From the IMG/VR virus record IMGVR_UViG_2939521961_000009: a stretch of 64,000 bases of DNA, one strand, 5' to 3'. Positions 28,273-36,203 of this stretch are shown one piece after another (the first letter of the stretch is position 1; each line of letters begins with the position of its first letter). The position numbers and the translations under genes are program-made. This DNA is from a virus. Its lineage: Duplodnaviria; Heunggongvirae; Uroviricota; Caudoviricetes. The notes beneath the pieces were generated by a model that saw nothing but the letters and a program-made list of their open reading frames with translations, had not been told where the DNA came from and searched no databases.

Positions 28273-28805
28273 TACGCCACCTCCGCAGATATCCCGGCAG
28301 GCGCGGCCGTCCGGTCAACAATCAGGTAACGCAGAACGCGCGAGGTGATATTCCAGCCGCTTAAACCGCAGATAATGACACCCAGGCGTATGTCGATATA
28401 CGCCATCACAAACTGGGGCACGCCTTCTTTCATGGCCTGCTCATCAACTTCAGCCACCACATAAACGGTTTCACAGGTCAGAACGCCCTGAGCAAATTCC
28501 CACGCCATTGACGGAATATCATGCCCCTCAATCCACGGCAGGGATTTTCTGAAGCTGCACCACTGAACATCATCAGCCGCACCTTCCTGGCTGCATTTGC
28601 GACGAACCGGCTGCACCGGGCGGGGACGCGGAATATCATAAAAACCGTTACATTCCGTCAGCACCCCGGCATCGACCGCATCACGCAGAAAATAAACCAT
28701 CGAGGATGGCGGCATATTCATTTTTTCAGCCAGAATGCCGCAGGTCAGACGCCCGTAAATACTCAGCCAGTTTTTAACCCCTTCAAGCACTTTTGCATCA
28801 ATCAT
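28272..28805 (-). CDS. Hypothetical early-region protein
   Basis: 177 aa ORF, start overlaps upstream stop. Confidence 0.5.
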   Translation of the reverse strand: MIDAKVLEGVKNWLSIYGRLTCGILAEKMNMPPSSMVYFLRDAVDAGVLTECNGFYDIPRPRPVQPVRRKCSQEGAADDVQWCSFRKSLPWIEGHDIPSMAWEFAQGVLTCETVYVVAEVDEQAMKEGVPQFVMAYIDIRLGVIICGLSGWNITSRVLRYLIVDRTAAPAGISAEVA

Positions 28806-28808
28806 GAA

Positions 28809-29351
28809 TTATTCCTCCGTCAGCGCCACATATTCAGAATGTTTAATCTCCTGGCATTCTTCAGGAATACCCCCTTTTATTTCCCTGCCATAAGCGCCTA
28901 CTTTAAACACCACGCACAGGGCATCACGGGAGAGCGACGGGGTCCACCAGGAGTCCATGTTAAACATGGAGGGGATTCTCATTACCCCCAGCTTTTCACA
29001 GAGCCAGACAAGGAAATCAGGACGCTTTCTTAACTCGCGTTCAGCGGCTTCAATCATTGCGGCAATCGCCGGTCCTTCAGGGCATGACTCATCAGGTCTG
29101 GCAATAAAGCACGGTCCGTCCCCGATAAAAGCCACATCATCGCGCTTACGCCAGCCCGCAGGCAGAGCACCAGAAAAATAAAACTCACTGATTACGTCCA
29201 TGGCAAACGGCTTTAAGCGCAATCCGGCAGCGCCTGTATTTTTCAGTAATGCCCGAAGAATACTGTTGCGTAGCGGTAAAACAGTCTGTTGATATTTGGT
29301 GAAATATTTATTTGTCTGCACACGGTCTAATTTGAAATAAAAATATGCCAT
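28809..29351 (-). CDS. Hypothetical early-region protein
   Basis: 180 aa ORF. Confidence 0.5.
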   Translation of the reverse strand: MAYFYFKLDRVQTNKYFTKYQQTVLPLRNSILRALLKNTGAAGLRLKPFAMDVISEFYFSGALPAGWRKRDDVAFIGDGPCFIARPDESCPEGPAIAAMIEAAERELRKRPDFLVWLCEKLGVMRIPSMFNMDSWWTPSLSRDALCVVFKVGAYGREIKGGIPEECQEIKHSEYVALTEE

Positions 29352-29448
29352 ATATCCTGTTCCTTATTTTCAGTTTACAGGCGCAGGCAGTCCCCTGACG
29401 CGAGCGCCATACTTAAAACGATGTGATATTTAAAGATTTAATGCGGTG

Positions 29449-29979
29449 TTATTTATTCAGTCCGGCGTCCTGTTCAAAAGGCTCGACATAAAAACTTTCA
29501 GCGCCTTTATTCACCTTAATACCGGCAATGCCTTTCACTGCATCCGGCTCCGCCAGGACCGCTTCCTTGTTCACTTCCTCTTTCGTGCGGATGAATCGCT
29601 CAAGCCCCATACGGCGCAGCATTTCAATCACACCTTCCACATCACGGCTGACGCTGCATGATGGATTTCCCAGCCGCCATGATACTGTTCCGGTGGTCAG
29701 ATTGGCTGTTTTGGTTTTGCCGCCGTTCGTCAGCTCATCGCGGTTGGTTTTGCACCAGTCCTGAATCCCCTTAAAAAGCACTTTGATTTCTTTTTTAAGG
29801 TTTTCAATCTGCGGCGTATAACGGGCGGTGATTTCTGCCACTTCATCATTCATCGCCGTTTCCAGCCGCAGCGCCTCTCGCTGAATATCGCCCAGGGTAC
29901 GGATATCGCGGCTGACTTCTTCGCGGGTCTGCGGTGCAGCCTCGGCTGCGGCCTTTAATTTTGTAACACGTTTAGCCAT
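29449..29979 (-). CDS. gam: Gam-like host-nuclease inhibitor protein
   Basis: 176 aa, coiled-coil-rich, Mu Gam-like sequence and position. Confidence 0.75.
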   Translation of the reverse strand: MAKRVTKLKAAAEAAPQTREEVSRDIRTLGDIQREALRLETAMNDEVAEITARYTPQIENLKKEIKVLFKGIQDWCKTNRDELTNGGKTKTANLTTGTVSWRLGNPSCSVSRDVEGVIEMLRRMGLERFIRTKEEVNKEAVLAEPDAVKGIAGIKVNKGAESFYVEPFEQDAGLNK

Positions 29980-29990
29980 TTTGTTTTTCC

Positions 29991-30284
29991 TTATTGCAGT
30001 GTGCCTGATGCTTTATGCACGCGGTGGCGTTTAATGATGGCATCCGCCCCAAAAGCCTGTACAGATGCCTGAAATTCCGCTGAGAGAAACTGAATAATTT
30101 CAGGACTGTGATACTGGAGAATACTTGCATAAACGTCACAGAGTGACGTCGGCCTGTTATTCGTATCACGTTCTGTTTTTACATCCACACCAATCTTTTC
30201 ATGCACTTCAACACAGTCATTGCCTGCCGGTTTTTCGTCATGCGAAACATGCTTAAATTCAAAAATAACGCGTACTTTGCTCAT
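29991..30284 (-). CDS. Hypothetical small protein, paralog A (start at MSKVRVIFEFKHV)
   Basis: N-terminus parallels the adjacent upstream gene product. Confidence 0.45.
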   Translation of the reverse strand: MSKVRVIFEFKHVSHDEKPAGNDCVEVHEKIGVDVKTERDTNNRPTSLCDVYASILQYHSPEIIQFLSAEFQASVQAFGADAIIKRHRVHKASGTLQ

Positions 30285-30288
30285 GGAA

Positions 30289-30561
30289 TTACCCCTGCTG
30301 ATTAAATTCATTACCTTTAATAACCCCGGAACGCATGCTCATATCTTTCATGAGCGCACTGGCTTTCATTGCCACAAGTTCAGCAAAGTCTCTGCTTTCC
30401 GCGAGCATAACCACCCCAAAAATCATGGCGGGTCCATCACCTTTCTGCTTTATCCCGGTTGAACGTATGTCCAGACTTACCCCCATGCGCACTGTTCCAT
30501 CAGCGTTTTTATGGATAACGTGCTCCTTGTATTCGAAAATAATGCGTACGACTTTACTCAT
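30289..30561 (-). CDS. Hypothetical small protein, paralog B (MSKVVRIIFEYKEHV...)
   Basis: 90 aa; N-terminal similarity to paralog A. Confidence 0.45.
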   Translation of the reverse strand: MSKVVRIIFEYKEHVIHKNADGTVRMGVSLDIRSTGIKQKGDGPAMIFGVVMLAESRDFAELVAMKASALMKDMSMRSGVIKGNEFNQQG

Positions 30562-30839
30562 CCTCTGGTCCTCGTTCTGTTTGGATAACTGACCCGGCGT
30601 CTGACCTCACGGCAGAACCGAATCATGGCATTAAAGGCTTCTTCCTCCGTCACCGCTTCCGGTATCCCCGGAACCAGTAACTGCTCCTGTTCATCACGTC
30701 CATGACGCGCCATAACCTCAATCACATGCCGTACCGTGGCAGGCTTTCCGGCAACTATCGGCAATGCACCTTCCGGCAGGACGTAACCAAACTCAATAAG
30801 ACCACTCGACCACGCCCATGCAATGAGATTTTTTTTCAC
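30558..30839 (-). CDS. Hypothetical early-region protein
   Basis: 93 aa ORF. Confidence 0.45.
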   Translation of the reverse strand: MKKNLIAWAWSSGLIEFGYVLPEGALPIVAGKPATVRHVIEVMARHGRDEQEQLLVPGIPEAVTEEEAFNAMIRFCREVRRRVSYPNRTRTRG

Positions 30840-30840
30840 C

Positions 30841-31107
30841 TCACACCTCCCAGTAAACCGTGCAGCCGCTGATGCGGGTGGCCTTCACACGGCGGCGCAG
30901 GCCGTTGGTCTGTATGGTGATTTCAATTTCACCGGTTCCCTGCACGTTGCCTACCGGCGGCGTGGTTTTCAGTGCAAAACGTTGCGGATAGCGCTTACTG
31001 CGTTCCAGTACCGCACCGGCAAGTTCGGTCAGACGGCGCGCGCTGTTCAGGGAGTCGAATAAATTCATTTTGTTACCGCAGGATTGCATATTCATATAAC
31101 ACCTCAT
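30841..31107 (-). CDS. Hypothetical early-region protein (start uncertain)
   Basis: 88 aa ORF. Confidence 0.4.
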   Translation of the reverse strand: MRCYMNMQSCGNKMNLFDSLNSARRLTELAGAVLERSKRYPQRFALKTTPPVGNVQGTGEIEITIQTNGLRRRVKATRISGCTVYWEV

Positions 31108-31335
31108 TTAGCTGACTTGTTTCGCACCAACAGAACGGCATATTCCGCTGTAAACGTCTGTCGCACCTTCGCGATCAAGTCCGGCAGATATCACCATTCG
31201 TGTGCGGTCATTAAATTCAAAAAGAAAATCGCCACATTCTTTATTTTCGGCCAGTGAAATCACCTTCACGTTATCGAAATTAACCAGGTAAAAGCGTCCG
31301 TAAATATCAGGAATATTAAATACCGCCATAATCAC
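31108..31335 (-). CDS. Hypothetical small protein directly downstream of B (Kil position)
   Basis: 75 aa ORF overlapping B stop. Confidence 0.4.
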   Translation of the reverse strand: MIMAVFNIPDIYGRFYLVNFDNVKVISLAENKECGDFLFEFNDRTRMVISAGLDREGATDVYSGICRSVGAKQVS

Positions 31336-32264
31336 ACCTGTGAGAGTAATTCAGGGTTGGTATAAACCTCTTTAAAGGCCGCATTAATATGTTTTTCTGT
31401 CAGCGCCGCGCCTTCACCGCTGGCGGTGAGCCACGCCTGGTTAAGCGTATGTGTCAGAACGCGTAACGCTCCCGGCTTTTCAGCGATAGCCTGCATGACG
31501 GCCAGCTCGGCCTCACCACTGATCCCCCACGCCCTGGCAATGGCCAGCACATCCGCCTTTTTGGCCTTGCGAAGTTGTTTTGTACGGGCAAGACGGCTGA
31601 ACAGGCGCGATAAATCATCAAAGGCGCGGCGTCCACCTTTAAACAATCCGCGCGGGTTACCAATAAGCACCATCCCGATCCCCGTGGCGTCCTGAATTGC
31701 CCGGAGTTGCTCCAGACCGTCAATACCAAGATGATCCGCCTCATCCACAATCACCAGTCCACGCGTTCCCATCAGGCGACGGCGGATGGCGCGGGATAAT
31801 GCCCCTTTGTTCGCGCGGGTGTAATCAATCCCCAGCGCATCGGCCAGCTCCAGCAGACACTCCGTGACGCTGGAGTGCGCGGGTGACAGGGTGATCATCC
31901 AGGTGTTTGGTTGCTCCTGGCAGTAATTACGGGCAGTGGCCGTTTTACCCACACCCGGTACGCCCACAATAACGTTAATACAGCCCATCAGACGAACCGC
32001 CTGAAACAGTGCGCGCAGCTCCTGGACTGTCTGCGTTTCCACAAACTGCGGCGGTTCCGGCAGTGCGCTTTGTTTATTCCAGTTCTCATACCAGGAACGC
32101 AGGGAAGCAGCCACAGCAGCGTTATCGCCTTTATATTTTCCCTTACGGAAAGCCGATAATGTGCCGTCGGAAATTCCCGCCTCTCTGGCGATGGCATACT
32201 GCGTCAGTACGCCGCCATCAATAAGTTCATCAATGGTCTTGATTACATCGTTAATATCAGTCAT
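31332..32264 (-). CDS. B: Transposition ATPase MuB-like
   Basis: 310 aa; N-terminal HTH, Walker A GVPGVGKT. Confidence 0.9.
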   Translation of the reverse strand: MTDINDVIKTIDELIDGGVLTQYAIAREAGISDGTLSAFRKGKYKGDNAAVAASLRSWYENWNKQSALPEPPQFVETQTVQELRALFQAVRLMGCINVIVGVPGVGKTATARNYCQEQPNTWMITLSPAHSSVTECLLELADALGIDYTRANKGALSRAIRRRLMGTRGLVIVDEADHLGIDGLEQLRAIQDATGIGMVLIGNPRGLFKGGRRAFDDLSRLFSRLARTKQLRKAKKADVLAIARAWGISGEAELAVMQAIAEKPGALRVLTHTLNQAWLTASGEGAALTEKHINAAFKEVYTNPELLSQV

Positions 32265-32335
32265 ATTATTAACCTCTCATTTGATACCTTGTTTAATCAA
32301 ATAACCTGAGTCGCCGCTCGGGTTATTTTTTTATT

Positions 32336-34426
32336 TCAGGCCAGCGGGTCATTTTCTTTTAATTTCGCTTCCAGCAACTGCAATCCCCGCTGGAAATTAC
32401 GCTCGTATTCTTCATCAGGTTCATCGTCAGCGACCGGTTGCTGAACGGTCACCGTATTACCCACAGGGCGGTATATGTTTTCCAGCCAGGGCTCCTGCGG
32501 CTTGTGCTCCAGCACGTTGACAACCTCATCCTCGGCATCACGGATTTTTTCCTCTGCGCGTTTACGCATGCCTTTAAGGCGTTGCTGCTGTTTGTAGTAT
32601 TCCGCGCTAACCGGGAAGGCTTCGCGTTTATTACCGTCCCATACCGCCTCGCAAATCACGCTGCCATCCAGGCGACGTACGGTAATTCGTTCGGCATCAT
32701 GAATGTCATAGCTGATAAGCACCTTACGACCATGCTCGTCACGCAGCTCGGGCGCGTAGTAAATATTATTCAGCCAGCGTATTTCACAGCGTCTTACAGG
32801 GCGTTCCACCATCGGCCGGAACATATCCCGCAGCTCAACATCGGACAGCCATTCAATTTCCGTGTCCTCTTCCGCCAGGCGTTTTTTTCTGAACTCCGCC
32901 GGGCTGTAATGCTTGCCGTTCGGCTTCACCGGTAATTCATCGTGCGGCCGGTTGTTGTACCACTCAACACCGTCACGAATGGCATCAATCAGTTCAGACC
33001 AGGACGGTAAATCACGCATCGCTGACTGCTGCCGGGCGTTCAGCCGTTTGCCCTGTTGCAGGGCAGTAAATGCCGAGCGTAAATCGCGGTTGGTTTTGCG
33101 TAACGTCTCGCGATCTGCACCTTTCCCGAAATAGGTGCGGTATTTACGGGCTATGCGCATCGGTAATGTGCGGTTAAGCCGTTCGATAATGCCTCGTCCC
33201 TGCGGATTACCGGCAATCCCGGTCGGGTGATTAATCCCCAGTCGCGGCAGTATCCCCACAACCTCCTTATCCAGGATGTCGGCGGTTTCCCCGGAGCCGT
33301 TATCCGAGTAATACAGAAACGGTTTGCCGTGATGGCGAATGCCGTGCTGTATGGCACCGGCTACGGCGAAAACATTTTCAGCCAGGTCAAGGCTCCAGCC
33401 CACCACAAAGCGCGTGCCACCGTCGATAACAAAGGTCACTTCCGGTGCAAATGGCCGACCGTGAACCGGGTGTGCGCATTTCAGCTTCATGCCGTGACCG
33501 TCACCAATCCAGACATAATTCACCGGCATTCTGGACCAGTCGCGGCGCGTGAATCCCTCAAGCTGGCGGTATTCACTGCCGGTCACCCGGCCTTTTTGTT
33601 TCACCACTTCCGGCAGTTTCTTCATTGCGCGGCGAATGGTGTCATAAGACGGCATGATATCGAGCATATAAGGCTCATCAGCGTGCCGGTGCTGCCATTC
33701 AGCGACAAAATCCTCGTAAGCCTCGGTCATTGGTCGGCCGTTTGACTGGCGATACTGCGCCAGAAATTCGGGCAGCCAGTTAATATCTTCAGCTTTTATT
33801 TCCTGGCGCTTACCCGGTGCCAGTAAAAGCAGGCGTTCAGCGGCGTTCTGCGCCTTGTTAAAGGCCGCAATCCAGCGTTTCAGCGTTATTTCACTCAACG
33901 CACGGCTGTTTCCCTTTTTGGCGTTCGCCGTCTCAACCATTGCCACAATGCGCTCGTCCAGTTGCGAACGTGCCAGGTTGTCAACGATAAACCGGATAGC
34001 TTTCGCACAGCTGAAACCGGGTTGTTGCGCGACTTTCATCACTTCGCTGACGATCGCAATTCGTGCATCAGCCACCTGGCGCTGGTTTTCAGTCAGGGCA
34101 TTAAGGCGTTCAACCATCAGTTGTGGTGATCCGCGATATGCCTCCACCGCATCAACCACGGCAGGCGAGCGTCTGGCCTTTGTCACCACCGGAGCCGGTG
34201 ATTCATCAGCTTTTTGCGTCATCAGTTGAAGGGCATAACGTTCACGCAATACTTGTTGCGCGCCAGAAGGCAAACAATCGATATTAAATTCGATTGCTTT
34301 TGTCCCCTTACGTTTGCGTAACATGGCTGCATTTCCCGCAGCTGCTTTTGTGAGTCGATGGCGAATGTTATGTTCCATCATTGGTAAATCAGGAAGACCA
34401 ACACATTCTTTTGCTGTTACCCACAT
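32336..34426 (-). CDS. A: DDE transposase MuA-like
   Basis: 696 aa; N-terminus WVTAKECVGLPDLP parallels Mu A WVSPKECANLPGLP; followed by B. Confidence 0.9.
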   Translation of the reverse strand: MWVTAKECVGLPDLPMMEHNIRHRLTKAAAGNAAMLRKRKGTKAIEFNIDCLPSGAQQVLRERYALQLMTQKADESPAPVVTKARRSPAVVDAVEAYRGSPQLMVERLNALTENQRQVADARIAIVSEVMKVAQQPGFSCAKAIRFIVDNLARSQLDERIVAMVETANAKKGNSRALSEITLKRWIAAFNKAQNAAERLLLLAPGKRQEIKAEDINWLPEFLAQYRQSNGRPMTEAYEDFVAEWQHRHADEPYMLDIMPSYDTIRRAMKKLPEVVKQKGRVTGSEYRQLEGFTRRDWSRMPVNYVWIGDGHGMKLKCAHPVHGRPFAPEVTFVIDGGTRFVVGWSLDLAENVFAVAGAIQHGIRHHGKPFLYYSDNGSGETADILDKEVVGILPRLGINHPTGIAGNPQGRGIIERLNRTLPMRIARKYRTYFGKGADRETLRKTNRDLRSAFTALQQGKRLNARQQSAMRDLPSWSELIDAIRDGVEWYNNRPHDELPVKPNGKHYSPAEFRKKRLAEEDTEIEWLSDVELRDMFRPMVERPVRRCEIRWLNNIYYAPELRDEHGRKVLISYDIHDAERITVRRLDGSVICEAVWDGNKREAFPVSAEYYKQQQRLKGMRKRAEEKIRDAEDEVVNVLEHKPQEPWLENIYRPVGNTVTVQQPVADDEPDEEYERNFQRGLQLLEAKLKENDPLA

Positions 34427-34436
34427 ACATCCCCCA

Positions 34437-34703
34437 TCAAGCCACTTCTCTGGCGTCCACCTGGTATCTGCTGGGCCAGATTACAGCAGGTTCAACCCCT
34501 ATTTTTTCGGCGATGGCGGCTTCGTATTTACGGCACTGGCGGTAAAACACATTGCGCATTGATCCGCTTTTTAATCCTAACTCCCTTTCCAGTTCAGGGA
34601 GGTCTGTGCCTTTGTTTTCAAGGGCTGCATATACCGCTTTAGCAGACCAGTCACACCCCTCTCGAACAAACAAATTATTCGATGCTTGTCTGGATACCCT
34701 CAT
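34437..34703 (-). CDS. ner: Ner-like DNA-binding protein
   Basis: 88 aa ending ...VIWPSRYQ as in Mu Ner. Confidence 0.8.
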   Translation of the reverse strand: MRVSRQASNNLFVREGCDWSAKAVYAALENKGTDLPELERELGLKSGSMRNVFYRQCRKYEAAIAEKIGVEPAVIWPSRYQVDAREVA

Positions 34704-34859
34704 TGTGTGATCCTCTCATGTTTACCTGAACCGATAATCAAAACCGGTTATCGATTTAGGTAAATCATAATCGCAAAATAATTCGATATCAACGGTTTTT
34801 TGCGAGCATATCGAAATTAAATGCGATGTCGATAATTTCTTTGTTTTATAGGGGGTTAT
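34704..34859. promoter_or_regulatory. Divergent early promoter/operator region between repressor and ner
   Basis: AT-rich intergenic region with repeated CGAT(A/G)TC-containing motifs between divergent genes. Confidence 0.5.
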
Positions 34860-35471
34860 ATGGATAAGGCAGAAAAAACCGTATCCAGTGCGGAACGGTT
34901 TATTGATATGGAAGGAATAAACCGATTTTCAGAACGCTTAGCTATGGCTATGGGAAACATGACAAACGTCGAACTGGCGACCCTTTGTGGACTATCTGAA
35001 GCCACAGTAAGAAATTACAGGAAGGGGAAAAACTTCCCTCCTTTGGATAAACTGGCCTTAATAGCTAAAGCCTGTAATTGTTCACTCGAATGGTTGGCCA
35101 CAGGCAAGAACGAAGATGAATGCGGAAAAATCGAAAACAATTGCGATTCAGGTTCGGGTATTGATCAGGCGCTTAGCTCTCTAAGCCCCCAAGAGAAGCA
35201 ATTAATCCTTACATTCATCAGGCGAGAAGGTACTAATAACCTTGTCAGGCTGGCAGCAATGAATACATCTACAATCAGCCAGGATGCGGTAGAAAGCATC
35301 ATTGATGCCTTGCCATTACGTCCCGTACTAAAAAATGCAATAAAGATAGGAATGGCGGGAAGTGAAGAAACAGACAAAGAGATTTTGCGCGTTATTGAGA
35401 AGTACAACTCGAGCAATAACGCCACCCAGGAATCAGGGGCAGTGACAGTAAAGAAAAATGTTGTTGGTTAA
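34860..35471 (+). CDS. HTH (XRE-type) repressor, Mu c-analogue
   Basis: 203 aa; N-terminal HTH NVELATLCGLSEATVRNYRKG; divergent from ner at the prophage left end. Confidence 0.7.
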   Translation: MDKAEKTVSSAERFIDMEGINRFSERLAMAMGNMTNVELATLCGLSEATVRNYRKGKNFPPLDKLALIAKACNCSLEWLATGKNEDECGKIENNCDSGSGIDQALSSLSPQEKQLILTFIRREGTNNLVRLAAMNTSTISQDAVESIIDALPLRPVLKNAIKIGMAGSEETDKEILRVIEKYNSSNNATQESGAVTVKKNVVG

Positions 35472-35617
35472 GCGCCATCGCTATCATGAGGTGGTGCTGT
35501 AAATACATATAGAGATCATATGACTCATCCCAAGATAATCACGCTATTGAATAGTAATTCATGATGATTATCATACTGATTATAGTTAGATCGATTATGT
35601 GAGCATTTTGGCAGTTT

Positions 35618-35650
35618 GAAGATGTTTTGAAGATGTTTTGAAGAAGATTT
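35618..35650. repeat. Tandem direct repeat (GAAGATGTTTT unit, ~2.5 copies)
   Basis: gaagatgttttgaagatgttttgaagaag read directly. Confidence 0.8.
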
Positions 35651-35654
35651 TAAG

Positions 35655-35838
35655 GGTAAATTAGCAGTATCAAATGTGTCGCCGTTTTTTGATCTTTTGA
35701 CTATTTGTTGAGCAGTCGGTATCAAAAAGAGTTTTCCGTCCGAAGTATACATCACCTGTTTTATTTCAGCATCTTACAGGTGATTTCACCTCCTTTCACT
35801 AAAACCCTTGTCGGTATCAAATGATTCACCTGGTTACA
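35655..35838. repeat. Mu-like left-end (attL) with three transposase-binding repeats and terminal TG
   Basis: Minus strand reads TGTAACCAGG TGAATCATTTGATACCGACAAG (like Mu L1 TGATTCACTTGAAGTACGAAAA); further TTTGATAC(C/T)G copies at 35707-35729 and 35655-35678. Confidence 0.55.
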
Positions 35839-35985
35839 CTGGTCGGCAGTTCGGTTCTCCCGTCGGGCTTTGTGTGTCCGCGTCGTTTTTACGGCCTCAT
35901 AAGCCTGGATCACCGCACGGGAACGCAGCCTTGCCGCTTTCCATCCTGGTGAAAAAACGCCAATCACATCATCAAGAATTGCCAT
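35839..35985 (-). pseudogene. Lambda-family portal protein, N-terminal 49 codons only (truncated by Mu-like insertion)
   Basis: MAILDDVIGVFSPGWKAARLRSRAVIQAYEAVKTTRTHKARRENRTADQ then frame runs into Mu-like end; follows W and terminase A in lambda order. Confidence 0.65.
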
Positions 35986-36203
35986 CAGAACCTCGCCAGC
36001 CGGTACCCGGGATGCCCCCGTCGTCGTGTAATCAGAGCCGCAAGGCGGCGCTCCCACTCCTGCCGTCCCTGCCGGATCTCAGATAAGTTTTCCATGGTCA
36101 TCTGCTGACCATTAAAGGTGACGGATTTTCCGTCCAGCACCGCCATTTCAGCTTCCGTATAACGCTGAATCATGGCTTCGATATCATTCTGGTTCATAAC
36201 CAT
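35985..36203 (-). CDS. Head-tail joining protein W-like
   Basis: 72 aa ending ...RRRGHPGYRLARF, located between terminase A and portal. Confidence 0.65.
   Translation of the reverse strand: MVMNQNDIEAMIQRYTEAEMAVLDGKSVTFNGQQMTMENLSEIRQGRQEWERRLAALITRRRGHPGYRLARF

Larger units (their letters stand above)
1..35838 (-). mobile_element. Mu-like transposable prophage, partial (left end in window at ~35838; right end beyond window start)
   Basis: Mu gene order on minus strand: repressor, ner, A, B, gam, gemA, Mor/C, lys, head, tail, tail fibre, invertible segment, pin; terminal TG and three Mu L1-L3-like repeats at 35655-35838. Confidence 0.8.

Noticed and set aside
35761-36057. 98-aa ORF read as an intact gene
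   Set aside because: Its first 24 codons overlap the W-like gene in another frame and its last 25 codons are Mu-like end sequence; only the middle is real portal coding sequence.
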